Assembly: GCA_963522765.1 (NCBI GenBank)
Contig: CAUQZM010000001.1
Location: forward strand, 18,329 to 82,328
DNA length: 64,000 nucleotides
Source: an uncultured Campylobacter sp.
Lineage (GTDB): Bacteria > Campylobacterota > Campylobacteria > Campylobacterales > Campylobacteraceae
Direction of reading: 5' to 3'
A program made the translations under genes and the position numbers. The notes under the pieces are model-generated. The model worked only from the letters and a program-made list of their open reading frames with translations. It was not told the DNA's origin and made no database searches. Position 1 is the stretch's first letter. The number at the start of each line of letters is the position of its first letter. Below are positions 19,190 through 28,465 of this stretch, in pieces.

Positions 19190-19398
19190 TGGCTGATACC
19201 CAGAGCAGCGCGCCGCGCGACGTTTACGACGAAATTTTGGATAAAAGCTTAGCCGCGCTGCAAGCGTGCCAGGCGGAGCACAACCTCACCAGCTGCTTGG
19301 AGTGCGAGAAGCTGCTAGATTGCGCGGTGCGCGATAAATACGTCAAGGCGGTTTATGAGAGCATGTCGCACGGCGCGACGGGGGATTTTTCGTTTTAA
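19189..19398 (+). CDS. Small hypothetical Cys-containing protein (69 aa)
   Basis: ATG overlaps the fbp stop (TGATG). Contains C-x11-C-x2-C-x5-C. No recognised family. Confidence 0.45.
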   Translation: MADTQSSAPRDVYDEILDKSLAALQACQAEHNLTSCLECEKLLDCAVRDKYVKAVYESMSHGATGDFSF

Positions 19399-19399
19399 A

Positions 19400-20510
19400 T
19401 TTAGCTATTGCGACGCGACGAGGGATTTTTACGAATTTGGGTATAAATATACCACTGCCTTCCTCTTGCGTCGCAGGATTTTGCAAAGCGAGCTTTGCGC
19501 GCAAAATCTCTGCAAACCAAGCTGTGACGCGGAATTTGCTCTGCGGCGCAGATTTAATCCAGCGGCGCGCAGGTTCTTGCTTTGCAGGGTAAAATTTGCC
19601 CCGCTGCGAAACGATAAAATTTACGGCGCGATTTGGCGTTGCGGCGGAGTCTGCTCTGCGGTACGTCTGTTTTGCGGGGCAGGTTTTGGAGTGCATCTGT
19701 TTTGCGGCGGCCGATAAAATTTAAAAAGAGGGCGTAGCCAAATTGCGAGCGTGCGGCTAAATTTAAAGAGGGCAAACGATTAAATTTCAGGCGCCGCGGC
19801 TGGATTTTAAAATTTATGGATAAAATTTTAAAGCGCGAAATTTTGCTTCGCAAAATTTTATCTGAGATCATGGGCTGTTTATGAGCGCGAACACGCGAAA
19901 TTTCGTAAAGCAAAATTTCGGCGGGCTAAATTTACCGCCGCGATCTTTAAATTTGCGCGACTAAAATTTACCGACTTGCGCGAGCCGCCGTTCGTCACCG
20001 ATCTTTTGCCGGTTTAAATTTAGCTTTGCAAAATTTGGCTCGCAAACTTAGCGACACAGGCGAGACGGCAAATTTTGCCTCACAAAATTTGAGCCGCAAA
20101 TTTAAACTACAAATTTAAACCGCGATCCGTGCGTTAAAAATTTAAAAGCTAAATTTGAAGTCTAGTGAGCGGGTCCGCCACACGAATGCTCGTATAAATT
20201 TCAAGCACATAATGCTCATATTGAAATTTTGCGACTGAGCGTGTATGTGAAGCGCTCGTTAAAATTTCAAAGTCGAGGCGCATGCAAGCGCACGCGTTAA
20301 AAATTTTAGAGCCGAAGCATATGCGACCGCTCGCGTTAAAATTTTAAAACTAAGGCGTATTACGGCGGCGATTGCGTTAAATTTAAAACCGATCGGCGGT
20401 CGCGCGAAATTTTAGGATTGATCCATTCGCGAAGCCGTGCGTCATCGATCTATTCGCAAAGCCGCGTCCATAGATTTTTTCGCAGCGCCGCACGCCGGAA
20501 TTTTAGAGCA
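19400..20510. repeat. 1.1 kb non-coding tract packed with RAATTY-cored repeats, including a degenerate ~40-bp periodic sub-array (20240..20420)
   Basis: aaattt or gaattt cores occur every 15-40 nt throughout. gcgttaaaa(t)ttt[tc]a[ag]a recurs at about 20131, 20257, 20294, 20333 and 20374. Only short overlapping ORFs in several frames. Confidence 0.6.
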
Positions 20511-20533
20511 GTTTGGGGAATGCAAGGAGAGGG

Positions 20534-21130
20534 ATGCAACCGTTCGTACAAGGGGTTTTGATGGGGCTGGGCGTTAGCGTGCCGATCGGCCCGGTAAACG
20601 TGCTGATAATGTCCTACGCGCTGCGAAGCTACACCAAAGCGCTGTGCCTGGGTCTCGGCGCCATGAGCGCGGATATGCTGTATCTAGCGCTATCGGCGTT
20701 CGGCATATCGCAGTTAGCCAAAATCCCGATCGTTTTTGCCTGCATATCGGTATTTGGCGCGTGTTTTTTGCTCTACACGGCGTACGCGATCTGGCATGGC
20801 GCGACTCGCTCGGTGCAACTTGCAAGCGTCGAGGCTTGCTCAGGCGCGGCGCTTTATAGCAAAGGCTTTTTGATAAATTTACTAAATCCATACGTCATTA
20901 TGTTTTGGCTCAGCGTCTCTGCCGGCACCGCGCGAGCAGATTTTGCGCTTGCCCTTGCAGGGCTTGTAAGCGGAATCTTAGCTTGGATCACGCTTTTTCC
21001 GCTTGCGATATATCTAGCCCGCAGCAAGCTTCCAAATATAGTAGTGCGGGCATTTGCATATATCTCGGCGTTTATTTTGGTATTTTTCGCACTAAAGCTT
21101 TTATACGCTATAATTTTCGCTAAAATTTAA
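20534..21130 (+). CDS. LysE/ArgO family amino-acid exporter
   Basis: MQPFVQGVLMGLGVSVPIGPVNVLIM matches the LysE/ArgO N-terminal PxGPxN pattern, and the protein is multi-TM. The start was moved to the ATG at 20534, which is preceded by AAGGAGAGGG. The tracked ORF starts at a TTG at 20513. Confidence 0.8.
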   Translation: MQPFVQGVLMGLGVSVPIGPVNVLIMSYALRSYTKALCLGLGAMSADMLYLALSAFGISQLAKIPIVFACISVFGACFLLYTAYAIWHGATRSVQLASVEACSGAALYSKGFLINLLNPYVIMFWLSVSAGTARADFALALAGLVSGILAWITLFPLAIYLARSKLPNIVVRAFAYISAFILVFFALKLLYAIIFAKI

Positions 21131-21145
21131 ACCGAAGGAAGGCTT

Positions 21146-22324
21146 ATGAAACCGATTGAAATTCTAAAAGAGCTCATCAAATTCCGCTCGCTCACACCTA
21201 GCGACGACGGAGCTTTCAACTACGTCTCAATGCTGCTGGCGGACTTTAGCGAGGATAGATTCGAGCTAAACGGCGTAACTAACGCGATTTTTACCAAGCG
21301 CTTAGGGCTTGGTCCGCATCTGTGCTTTGCCGGGCACATCGACGTCGTACCGCCGGGCGAGGGCTGGGCGAGCGATCCGTTTAAGCCGGTGGAAGCGGAG
21401 AGCTTTTTATACGGGCGCGGCGCGCAGGATATGAAAAGCGGCATCGCAGCGGCAATCTGCGCGCTAGCGGCGGCACGCGATTTTAAGGGCACGCTAAGCC
21501 TGCTGCTAACCAGCGATGAGGAAGGTGACGGCATCTACGGCACGCGCGAAATGCTCTCTAAATTGCGCGAGCAAGGTGCCCTACCCGACTTCGCAATCGT
21601 TGCGGAGCCTACATGCGAAGTGCGCTTCGGTGATACCATTAAGATCGGCCGTCGCGGCTCGATTAACGGTATCCTCACACTCACGGGTATCGGCGGGCAC
21701 GCAGCCTACCCAGATAAATGCATCAATTCTGTCCACATTTTAGCGCCGGTGCTTGCAAGTCTTGCGGGGCATGATCTGGACGCGGGTAGCGAGGATTTCG
21801 CTTCGGCCAAGATAGTCATCACCGACATTCGCGGCGGTTCGCAGGTCGTAAACGTAACACCCAAGGACGTGCGCGTGATGTTTAACGTCCGCGGCGGCGT
21901 AGGGCTGGGGCTAGAGGACGTGCGAGACTACGTACTGAGGTTATTTGAGCTGGATGCAAAAGATGCGCTATGCAACGAAAGCGAATCCTGCGGCAAGCTA
22001 GAAATGAGCTGCACCGCGCAGCTACGAGCAGGCGCGTCGCTACACCTTGCGTTAAAAAGCTCCTCAAAGCCTTTTTTAACTCAGCGAAGCTCCAAAATCG
22101 TGCAAAAACTAAGCGCTAGCGTGCAGAAGATCTGCGGCGCAGCAGCCGAGCTAAACACTGCAGGCGGCACGAGCGATGCGAGATACTTCGCGGAGTTTGG
22201 CGTGGAGACGGCAGAGTTTGGCGTGCGAAACGATACGATTCATCAGATCAATGAACGAGTAGAGATTAGCGATGTCGAAAATTTAGCTAAAATTTTTAGC
22301 GATCTGATAGAAAATTTCGGCTAA
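21146..22324 (+). CDS. dapE: Succinyl-diaminopimelate desuccinylase (M20 peptidase)
   Basis: FAGHIDVVPPGEGW..DPF, LTSDEEG and GGTSDARYF. Confidence 0.85.
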   Translation: MKPIEILKELIKFRSLTPSDDGAFNYVSMLLADFSEDRFELNGVTNAIFTKRLGLGPHLCFAGHIDVVPPGEGWASDPFKPVEAESFLYGRGAQDMKSGIAAAICALAAARDFKGTLSLLLTSDEEGDGIYGTREMLSKLREQGALPDFAIVAEPTCEVRFGDTIKIGRRGSINGILTLTGIGGHAAYPDKCINSVHILAPVLASLAGHDLDAGSEDFASAKIVITDIRGGSQVVNVTPKDVRVMFNVRGGVGLGLEDVRDYVLRLFELDAKDALCNESESCGKLEMSCTAQLRAGASLHLALKSSSKPFLTQRSSKIVQKLSASVQKICGAAAELNTAGGTSDARYFAEFGVETAEFGVRNDTIHQINERVEISDVENLAKIFSDLIENFG

Positions 22325-22329
22325 TTTAG

Positions 22330-23380
22330 GAATTTGGCAAAGTTGCGTAGATTTGATAAAAAATTCTGCGCTCTGCCAAGCTTCGCCGAATTTGCCGGGG
22401 TTTTCGCTCGTAGTTGCTTGGCAAATTTTATCTTTGCCGTGCGTCTTACGTAAGAATTTCGCTCGATACGCCGCTTTTGCTAAGAATTTTATCTACAGCA
22501 CGCTCGCCACTTTTACAATTACTTTGCTATGCAACGTCGCTTTCGCAAGAAACCCTAGCAAAACGTCGCTTTCAAAGGCGAGCTTCGCCGACGATAACGC
22601 TGCCACTGATAGGAATTCTTTATAAAAATGCTGCTTTCGCGCGAATTTCAGCAAATAGCGCGGTCTTTGCGCAAAATTCCTCTCGCTCTCTTCGCGTAAA
22701 ATTTCATCTTCATCGGATGCCTCTAGCGTCATACTGCTGTACTTTGTCGTCTCCGCGAAAAATTTTATCTTTGGCGCGCTCGCTGCTTACGCAAGAAGTT
22801 TGGCTAGGACGATGCTGCTTCTGCTGGGATACCGCCTGCTTCGTGGGTTTATAGAATTTTACTTAGTCACGTTGCCGCTGAGATAATTCCGCCCTGCCTT
22901 ACTACTTCTGTGGAAATTTTACCCCGCTTCGGCAAGCGCAATTAAAAATTTACTTTGCCTTAATACGGCAATGTGAAATTTTGCCCGTGCGGCGCAGCTA
23001 CATAAAATTTCAACCTCTGCAAAATTCCGCCTCAAAATTTGCATCCTTGCTTATTTTCACGAAAGGCTGCAAAATTTTGCCGCCTCGCGCGCTGCTGCAC
23101 TAAATGCACGCAAGATGGAATTTACCGCCGCAAGTTTCTGCGCAGAATTTCGTGAGGCTAAATTTTACCGCTGCGAAAAATTTCAGTCGCTCATAGCAGG
23201 CGTCTGCGGCGCGATAAATTCCAAATTAGAGCTTCAAGCAGGCTTCGCTTCTTGCCAAATTTTAACTACCTTGGTCGCCGCAAAACTAGAAATTTACAAA
23301 ATCGCTTTATGAAATTTTGCAGCGTCGCGCGGTAAGATTTTAAAATAAACGCCTGAGCGGCAAGGCAGAATTTAATGGAT
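22330..23380. repeat. 1.05 kb non-coding tract of RAATTY-cored repeats
   Basis: gaatttcgc, gaattttatc, gaatttcagc, aaaattcc, aaaatttca, gaaatttta, aaaattttgcc, ggaattta, agaatttcg and others occur about every 25-30 nt. aaattttatctttg[cg]c[gc]... recurs at about 22425 and 22765. ORFs here overlap in several frames and lack an RBS. Confidence 0.55.
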
Positions 23381-23381
23381 T

Positions 23382-23942
23382 TTACTTGCCAAATTTGGCT
23401 AGGCTTTCTCTTTCAAAGTTTAGCAGCCACGCTTTGGTCGCTACGCCGCCCGCGCCGCTATATCCGCCGAGCCCGCCCGCAGCTACGACGCGGTGGCACG
23501 GCACGATGATGGGGATTTTGTTTTTGCCGTTTGCGCTGCCTACTGCGCGGCTTGCGCGCGGTCTGCCGATAGCCGCAGCTAGCTCGCCGTATGTTACGAC
23601 CTCGCCGTAAGGGATCTCTAAAAGCGCGCTCCACACGGACTTTTGAAACTGCGTGCCATTTTGGCTCAGTTTAACGCTGAAGCTCTCAAGCTCACCCCTG
23701 AAATAGGCGCTAAGCTCGTCGGTGCAAAGAGTCAAATTCTTTCTTAAATCGCTAAGCTTTAAATCGCGTCCTTTATCATCCGCTGCACACACAAAGCCGA
23801 TAAGCCCTGCATCGTACTTTTTAAAGATCTCATCATTGGGCCCGCGTACAGAGCTTTTGACCCAGTCAATACTGCAGATCCCGATCTCGTCATCCCAAAT
23901 TTCAAGCATTCCAATAGGCGAATTAAAAAAGGCTTTTTGCAT
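23382..23942 (-). CDS. ogt: Methylated-DNA--protein-cysteine methyltransferase
   Basis: Active site IPIIVPCHRVV (PCHR motif) and YGELA. Confidence 0.85.
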   Translation of the reverse strand: MQKAFFNSPIGMLEIWDDEIGICSIDWVKSSVRGPNDEIFKKYDAGLIGFVCAADDKGRDLKLSDLRKNLTLCTDELSAYFRGELESFSVKLSQNGTQFQKSVWSALLEIPYGEVVTYGELAAAIGRPRASRAVGSANGKNKIPIIVPCHRVVAAGGLGGYSGAGGVATKAWLLNFERESLAKFGK

Positions 23943-24085
23943 CTCAATCCTTTCAAATTTTTACTGGTTTGATCAAAAAAATTTTAAAAAGCGCTTGTTG
24001 CGGTGCGAGCTAAAGCTCGAAAACGGCGAAATTTCATACGGCAACGCAAATTTTTAAAATTTATCTGCAAGGCGCCGCGAAGCCC

Positions 24086-26050
24086 CTACTCAAACCGTAT
24101 GATGTTTACCAAAACCCCGTCGAAAACGTCTTGCTTAAAAAGCTTGATCTCGCGCACGATATCTGCGTTATCATCGTCGATAACGCCGTTTTTGACGAGG
24201 CTGTCCTCGATGAGCTTAAAGATAAAGGCGTGGTTGCTGACGTCAGAGATACCGCTTTTAAAGCCCATTTCAAGGCGTACCGGCACGCCTATGTGCACGC
24301 CGCGCAGATCCTTGGCGATGTAAAGATCAGCGATCGTGCGCACCATCTTTTTCGCCATTTGGTAGCTCGCCGTGGACGACAAAATATCATTAAGACCGAA
24401 ATTCTCCATCAAAAGCGGAATACGAACGCGCGCCAAAACCCCTTCGCCAGGCTCGCTCGCGCTCTTTTTCAAAAACGAAATTTTAATCCTATGCGCGATG
24501 CCTATGAAACGCGGCTTAAGCTCGATGAGCCTAGCTTTAGACGCTTGCGGTAGCGAGATAGGACGCGAAGTGCTTGCAATAGGCAGAGCCTGCGGACGTC
24601 CCGGCAGGCGCGCGCGCTCTTTCGCAGGCGCTTTGCGCGTAGGCTTGCCATAGAAATTTACGGGCTTAGTCGCAAAAGTTGATTCGCTCCCAAAAGCAGC
24701 AGACGCGGGCTCATCACCAAGCGCCCCCTCCGCCATAGAAGAAGCAAACGTAGAATTCTCACCCGTTAACGCAGACTGCGCGGATTGCTCAAATTCGGGC
24801 GCAAATTTATTTCCCGCTTGCAGCGGCAAATTTAAAGGGTGCCACTCTTGTGCAGAGATTTTCTGCTCTAAATTTTGCTCGTCGGAATTTTTTAGCGCGT
24901 AATTTTGCCCTTTTGCCAAGCACATTGAATCCTCACCGACTAAATTCTCATCTTGAGGCGCGAATTCCAAGGCATTTTCTAAGGCAAAATTTGCGGCGTG
25001 GCGGCTAGCAAAATTAGCGCTTTGCCCCTTAGAAAACTCGGAGCCTTGAGGCCCACAATCATTTGCGCACTTTATATCAAGCGCGGAATTTGCGAAGGTG
25101 GAATTTTTTGATGCAGAGCCTTGCGCCGTAGAATTTTTACTTCTTAAGTTCGCGCCCTGCTCTGCTAAAAACAAATTTTCAACCGTAAAATTCTCTGCTT
25201 GCGCCATAAAATTAGAATTTTGCGCCTCAAATGCGGAATCTTTCACGAGCGCAAAGCTTTGCGCGGAAATAAAATTTCGCGATGCAGGAATGAAGCTTTG
25301 CCCTTTGGCAGAATTCGCAGGTGCAGAGCTTTGCGGCATAAATTTGTCACTCCTCGCATTTTCGCTCTCTTCGAAACTAGCAGCAAGCCCCACACTCATG
25401 TCATCCTGCGCGGCGTCATTTTGCAAAATTAAATTCTCGCGCGCCGTATCCCACGCGGTATCTACGCAAAATTCCGCTCGAGCCGCACCATAAAATTCTG
25501 CTCGCGAAGCATCTTGAAATTCTGCTCGTGAAGCAAAATCTCGCGCACTCTGAGCGCTACGCGCAGAAAAATCTCGCTCGCCGCACCTTGCGTTTGTAGC
25601 ATACGAGGTCTTTGCTAAGCTGCCGCCAGCCTCGGACGAAACCGCGCCCGAATCTCCGCCGCAAAAGCTACCAAAATCGCAGGCGCCGTCAAACTCCGCA
25701 TAGCCATCCGCCGCGCGGAGACGATCTGTGCGGGCTTTCTTTTTGGGCGTAGAAGGGAGTGTGAGCCTGCCTGCAAGCTCGCGTCCGCCGGAGTTTAAAA
25801 TCCCAAAAATTCTAGCTCTAAAGCGCTCGAACTGCTCGCCACTGAGCGAAATTTTGTCGTTTAGGCTCTGCACGCCGAAGTCTGCAGCGGTAAAATTTAC
25901 GATCGCTCCGTCCCTACTCGCGACGCGCACGCGACCTTTGACCGAGCCTTTTAGCTTAAAATCGCTGCCTGCGAGAATTTTTTTCATCAACTCCTTCGGA
26001 TTGTAGGGCATTTTAGCGCTCGCCAAAAACCACTTCATTAAATTTAGCAA
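24086..26050 (-). CDS. Hypothetical protein: ~100-aa N-domain, ~400-aa low-complexity repeat insert, ~148-aa C-domain. Start uncertain (TTG 26050, ATG 26038, or ATG 26011 right after the upstream stop)
   Basis: Long ORF immediately downstream of, and overlapping, the M23 peptidase gene. The flanking domains have normal composition. The C-domain has a faint RusA-like pattern (see findings). Confidence 0.65.
   Translation of the reverse strand: MLNLMKWFLASAKMPYNPKELMKKILAGSDFKLKGSVKGRVRVASRDGAIVNFTAADFGVQSLNDKISLSGEQFERFRARIFGILNSGGRELAGRLTLPSTPKKKARTDRLRAADGYAEFDGACDFGSFCGGDSGAVSSEAGGSLAKTSYATNARCGERDFSARSAQSARDFASRAEFQDASRAEFYGAARAEFCVDTAWDTARENLILQNDAAQDDMSVGLAASFEESENARSDKFMPQSSAPANSAKGQSFIPASRNFISAQSFALVKDSAFEAQNSNFMAQAENFTVENLFLAEQGANLRSKNSTAQGSASKNSTFANSALDIKCANDCGPQGSEFSKGQSANFASRHAANFALENALEFAPQDENLVGEDSMCLAKGQNYALKNSDEQNLEQKISAQEWHPLNLPLQAGNKFAPEFEQSAQSALTGENSTFASSMAEGALGDEPASAAFGSESTFATKPVNFYGKPTRKAPAKERARLPGRPQALPIASTSRPISLPQASKARLIELKPRFIGIAHRIKISFLKKSASEPGEGVLARVRIPLLMENFGLNDILSSTASYQMAKKMVRTIADLYIAKDLRGVHIGVPVRLEMGFKSGISDVSNHAFIFKLIEDSLVKNGVIDDDNADIVREIKLFKQDVFDGVLVNIIRFE
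24650..25725. repeat. In-frame RAATTY-cored repeat array (about 350 codons) inside the 654-aa ORF
   Basis: gaattct, caaattc, aaattta, aaattttg, ggaatttt, gaattcc, aaaatttg, ggaatttg, agaatttt and others. Translated as NS/NF/QN/AQ-rich peptide (AQNSNFMAQAENFTVENL...). ORFs 25098..25493 and 25199..25432 are open on the other strand. Confidence 0.7.
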
Positions 26051-26825
26051 CGAAGCTTAGCGGATTGACGCTAACGCCGTTGATCGCGATGCCGAAGTGC
26101 AGATGTGGGCCGCTAACTCTACCGCTCTCGCCCGATAGTGCGATTTCATCACCTTTGCGAACGTGATCGCCAAGCGCCACTTTGATCTCGCTTAGATGAT
26201 AATACTGCGAATAGATGCCGCCGCCGTGATCGATCACGACCGAGCCGCCGGCATAGTAGCGGTCTTTGGCGATGACTACGACGCCGTCGTTGGCGGCGCG
26301 CACCGCAGTGCCTACCGCGGCGCGATAATCGGTGCCGCTGTGATAGCTTTTAAGCTCGCCGTTGAAAGTGCGGGCATTGCCGAATGCAGAGGTTATTTTG
26401 GAGTTTAAAGGCAGCTCAAACGGCGTGGAGAAAAGATAGCGTGGCGTGGTGATCGCATAGATCGCGTTGGCTTCGTCGAGCTCTTTTTTGATACGCGCGG
26501 CGGCTTCTTTGGGTGGTTTAACTTTACCAGGAGCGACGCTTAGAGCCTCTTTTTTATACTCGCCCTTTTTCAAAGCGACGATCTGCTCGTGGCTGCCGCT
26601 TTGATCTACTATCCGCAGCGCGAAATCTCCCTTAGCGCGGTAATTCGCCGCCAAAACGGCGATTTTATCGCTAGAATTTGGTGCCTCGATGAGAGGAATT
26701 TGCTTTGAGCCAAAGCTCAACTCGGTTGTGCTTTTATCTAATTTTAAGATAATAACGTCACCATTTACTATGTCTAAAGCGAAAATTTTGATCGCCAAAA
26801 GTGCAAAAATAGCTAGAAATTTCAT
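26013..26825 (-). CDS. M23 family metallopeptidase (secreted)
   Basis: Signal peptide MKFLAIFALLAIKIFA. HSGTDYRA (HxxxD) and GPHLHFGI (HxH). Confidence 0.85.
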   Translation of the reverse strand: MKFLAIFALLAIKIFALDIVNGDVIILKLDKSTTELSFGSKQIPLIEAPNSSDKIAVLAANYRAKGDFALRIVDQSGSHEQIVALKKGEYKKEALSVAPGKVKPPKEAAARIKKELDEANAIYAITTPRYLFSTPFELPLNSKITSAFGNARTFNGELKSYHSGTDYRAAVGTAVRAANDGVVVIAKDRYYAGGSVVIDHGGGIYSQYYHLSEIKVALGDHVRKGDEIALSGESGRVSGPHLHFGIAINGVSVNPLSFVAKFNEVVFGER

Positions 26826-26930
26826 AAATTTTCCAAAATTTGTTATTTTTCATCAATTTTTTGTTAAAAATTAGCTAAAACAAATGAAATTGCTGTTATA
26901 ATAACGAAAATTCAATTTTAAAAGGATTAA

Positions 26931-27749
26931 ATGATGAAAAAGTTTTTGCTTCTAGCATCTGTTGCACTTTGCGGTTTTTTGCACGCGGACGTCGTGGCAA
27001 ATCAAGAGGTTATAGCGGCGACTAACGTCGTTAGATCTTTCGTAGCGGCTAATAACTTCGGCACCGATGAGCGCTATCTCACCAGCGCCAAAGCCGTCGC
27101 AATCCTAACCGACGTAAAACGTTTAGCTGCGGGCGCATCGCTACAATACGGCGATGGAATTTTTAGCGTCAAAGGCGAGAATGGTGAGTGGAGTTCGCCG
27201 ATTTTTATCAAATATAAAGGCTACGGCGTGGGCTTGCAAGCAGGCTACGAGACGAGCGACATTGTTATGATCTTCCATACTACGAAGTCATATCAAGATA
27301 TTTTTACCGGCACAGATACCCTTGAGATCAATGTAGGTGCTGCAGCAGGCGGCGTAGGTAGAAGAACAGGCCGCGCAACCGATCTACCTGATATTTCTGC
27401 ATGGATGGTAAGCCCGGGCGAGCAAACAGGCGTCTACCTAGGCGTATCGATCGACAACGGTAGAATCACTATCGACGATCAACTAACTAACGACTTCTAT
27501 GAGAGAATTTACGACTACGAGGATATCTTAAACGATTCTCCGCGCGCGAATAAATACGCAAAAAGATGGAAGGAAGTGATGAGGAAGTATTTCACAAACG
27601 GCGAGAAATACGGCGCTAGCAGCAGTGCGGCGATACCTGTAAATCACGTGCAGAAAAAATATCCGGACGGCAAGCCGATCATCTCAAACCGCTCTCCTAG
27701 AACTCACGCTAAAGCTACGCGAGGCAAAAAGGCTAAAAAAGCAAAATAA
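26931..27749 (+). CDS. SYLF (Ysc84/DUF500) lipid-binding domain protein, secreted, with a basic C-terminal tail
   Basis: Signal peptide MMKKFLLLASVALCGFLHA. The core GDGIFSVKGENGEWSSPIFIKYKGYGVGLQAGYETSDIVMIF resembles a SYLF domain. Recognition is from memory only. Confidence 0.65.
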   Translation: MMKKFLLLASVALCGFLHADVVANQEVIAATNVVRSFVAANNFGTDERYLTSAKAVAILTDVKRLAAGASLQYGDGIFSVKGENGEWSSPIFIKYKGYGVGLQAGYETSDIVMIFHTTKSYQDIFTGTDTLEINVGAAAGGVGRRTGRATDLPDISAWMVSPGEQTGVYLGVSIDNGRITIDDQLTNDFYERIYDYEDILNDSPRANKYAKRWKEVMRKYFTNGEKYGASSSAAIPVNHVQKKYPDGKPIISNRSPRTHAKATRGKKAKKAK

Positions 27750-27760
27750 ATTATCGAGCC

Positions 27761-27787
27761 AAGCCCCGTTTATCGTTTATGGGGCTT
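27761..27787 (+). terminator. Possible hairpin terminator after the SYLF gene
   Basis: aagcccc (27761..27767) pairs with ggggctt (27781..27787) around a 13-nt loop. The trailing T-tract is weak (cttgcgtt). Confidence 0.3.
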
Positions 27788-27998
27788 CTTGCGTTGAGTT
27801 TGTGCAAGAGCGCGCAAGCGTGAAATTAAAGCACATAGTTGTTTTCTTAGAAAATTATTGATTCTTGACTAAAGTATTTTATTTAATTTTTATGAGTCAT
27901 TGGATATATAAAGATCGATATAATTTTATAAAATTTAACGAAATTTTTATAAAATTTAATCAGTTTTTTATATTTTTATCACTACAATTATAGTTCTT

Positions 27999-28074
27999 GT
28001 CTCGTTAGCTCAGTTGGTAGAGCATCTGACTCTTAATCAGGCGGCCGTAGGTTCGAATCCTACACGGGACACCA
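27999..28074 (+). tRNA. tRNA-Lys (anticodon CTT)
   Basis: 76 nt. Acceptor gtctcgt pairs with acgggac (one G-U pair). D-arm agctcagttggtagagc. Anticodon stem-loop tctga-ctCTTaa-tcagg. T-arm gtagg-ttcgaat-cctac. Encoded CCA. Closely parallels E. coli tRNA-Lys. Confidence 0.92.
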
Positions 28075-28465
28075 ATAATCCTTTACAATTATAGAATTCT
28101 AATCGGTGCTTTTTAATTAATACGCTAAATTTACAATTACGATGCTTTTGTAAATGCAAATTGGGACCACTCGATAGTAATAAATGACTTTTTCGATAAT
28201 GTATCCAAGCGATAGAGTTCGATGCATAGATGAAATTTAATAGTCATAGTCAAAAAGTAAAAAACAATTCTAGCTTTGATACTGTAATAGCTAAATGTCA
28301 TTCTTACTCTTTAGTAAAATAGTATTGCTAATTTAACGTCAATATTATTTTACTAGAGTTTGCACAACATAATATTCCATATAAAGCGCCGCAGTAGGGA
28401 GTTTTATCAAAGCAGCCTTTACATTCAGCCGTAACACCCCAATATAGAAATAAATTATTTAAAAT

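Noticed and set aside
20240-20420. Possible CRISPR array (about five repeats with a ~40-bp period)
   Set aside because: The repeat core is only about 15 nt and degenerate. The spacers are only about 20-25 nt and share sequence with each other. There are no cas genes or leader in the window. It fits the general AAATTT-cored repeat family better.
22353-22854. ORFs 22353..22625 (90 aa), 22414..22854 (146 aa) and 22493..22732(-) as genes or gene remnants downstream of dapE
   Set aside because: They are mutually overlapping in different frames and strands, low in complexity, and lack an RBS. They sit inside the repeat tract. A decayed gene cannot be excluded, but no recognisable motif was seen.
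27780-28465. Integrase, prophage or ICE boundary next to tRNA-Lys
   Set aside because: There is no ORF longer than about 60 codons in this AT-rich spacer and no recombinase-like translation in any frame. Only short direct repeats are present, and these are reported separately at low interest.
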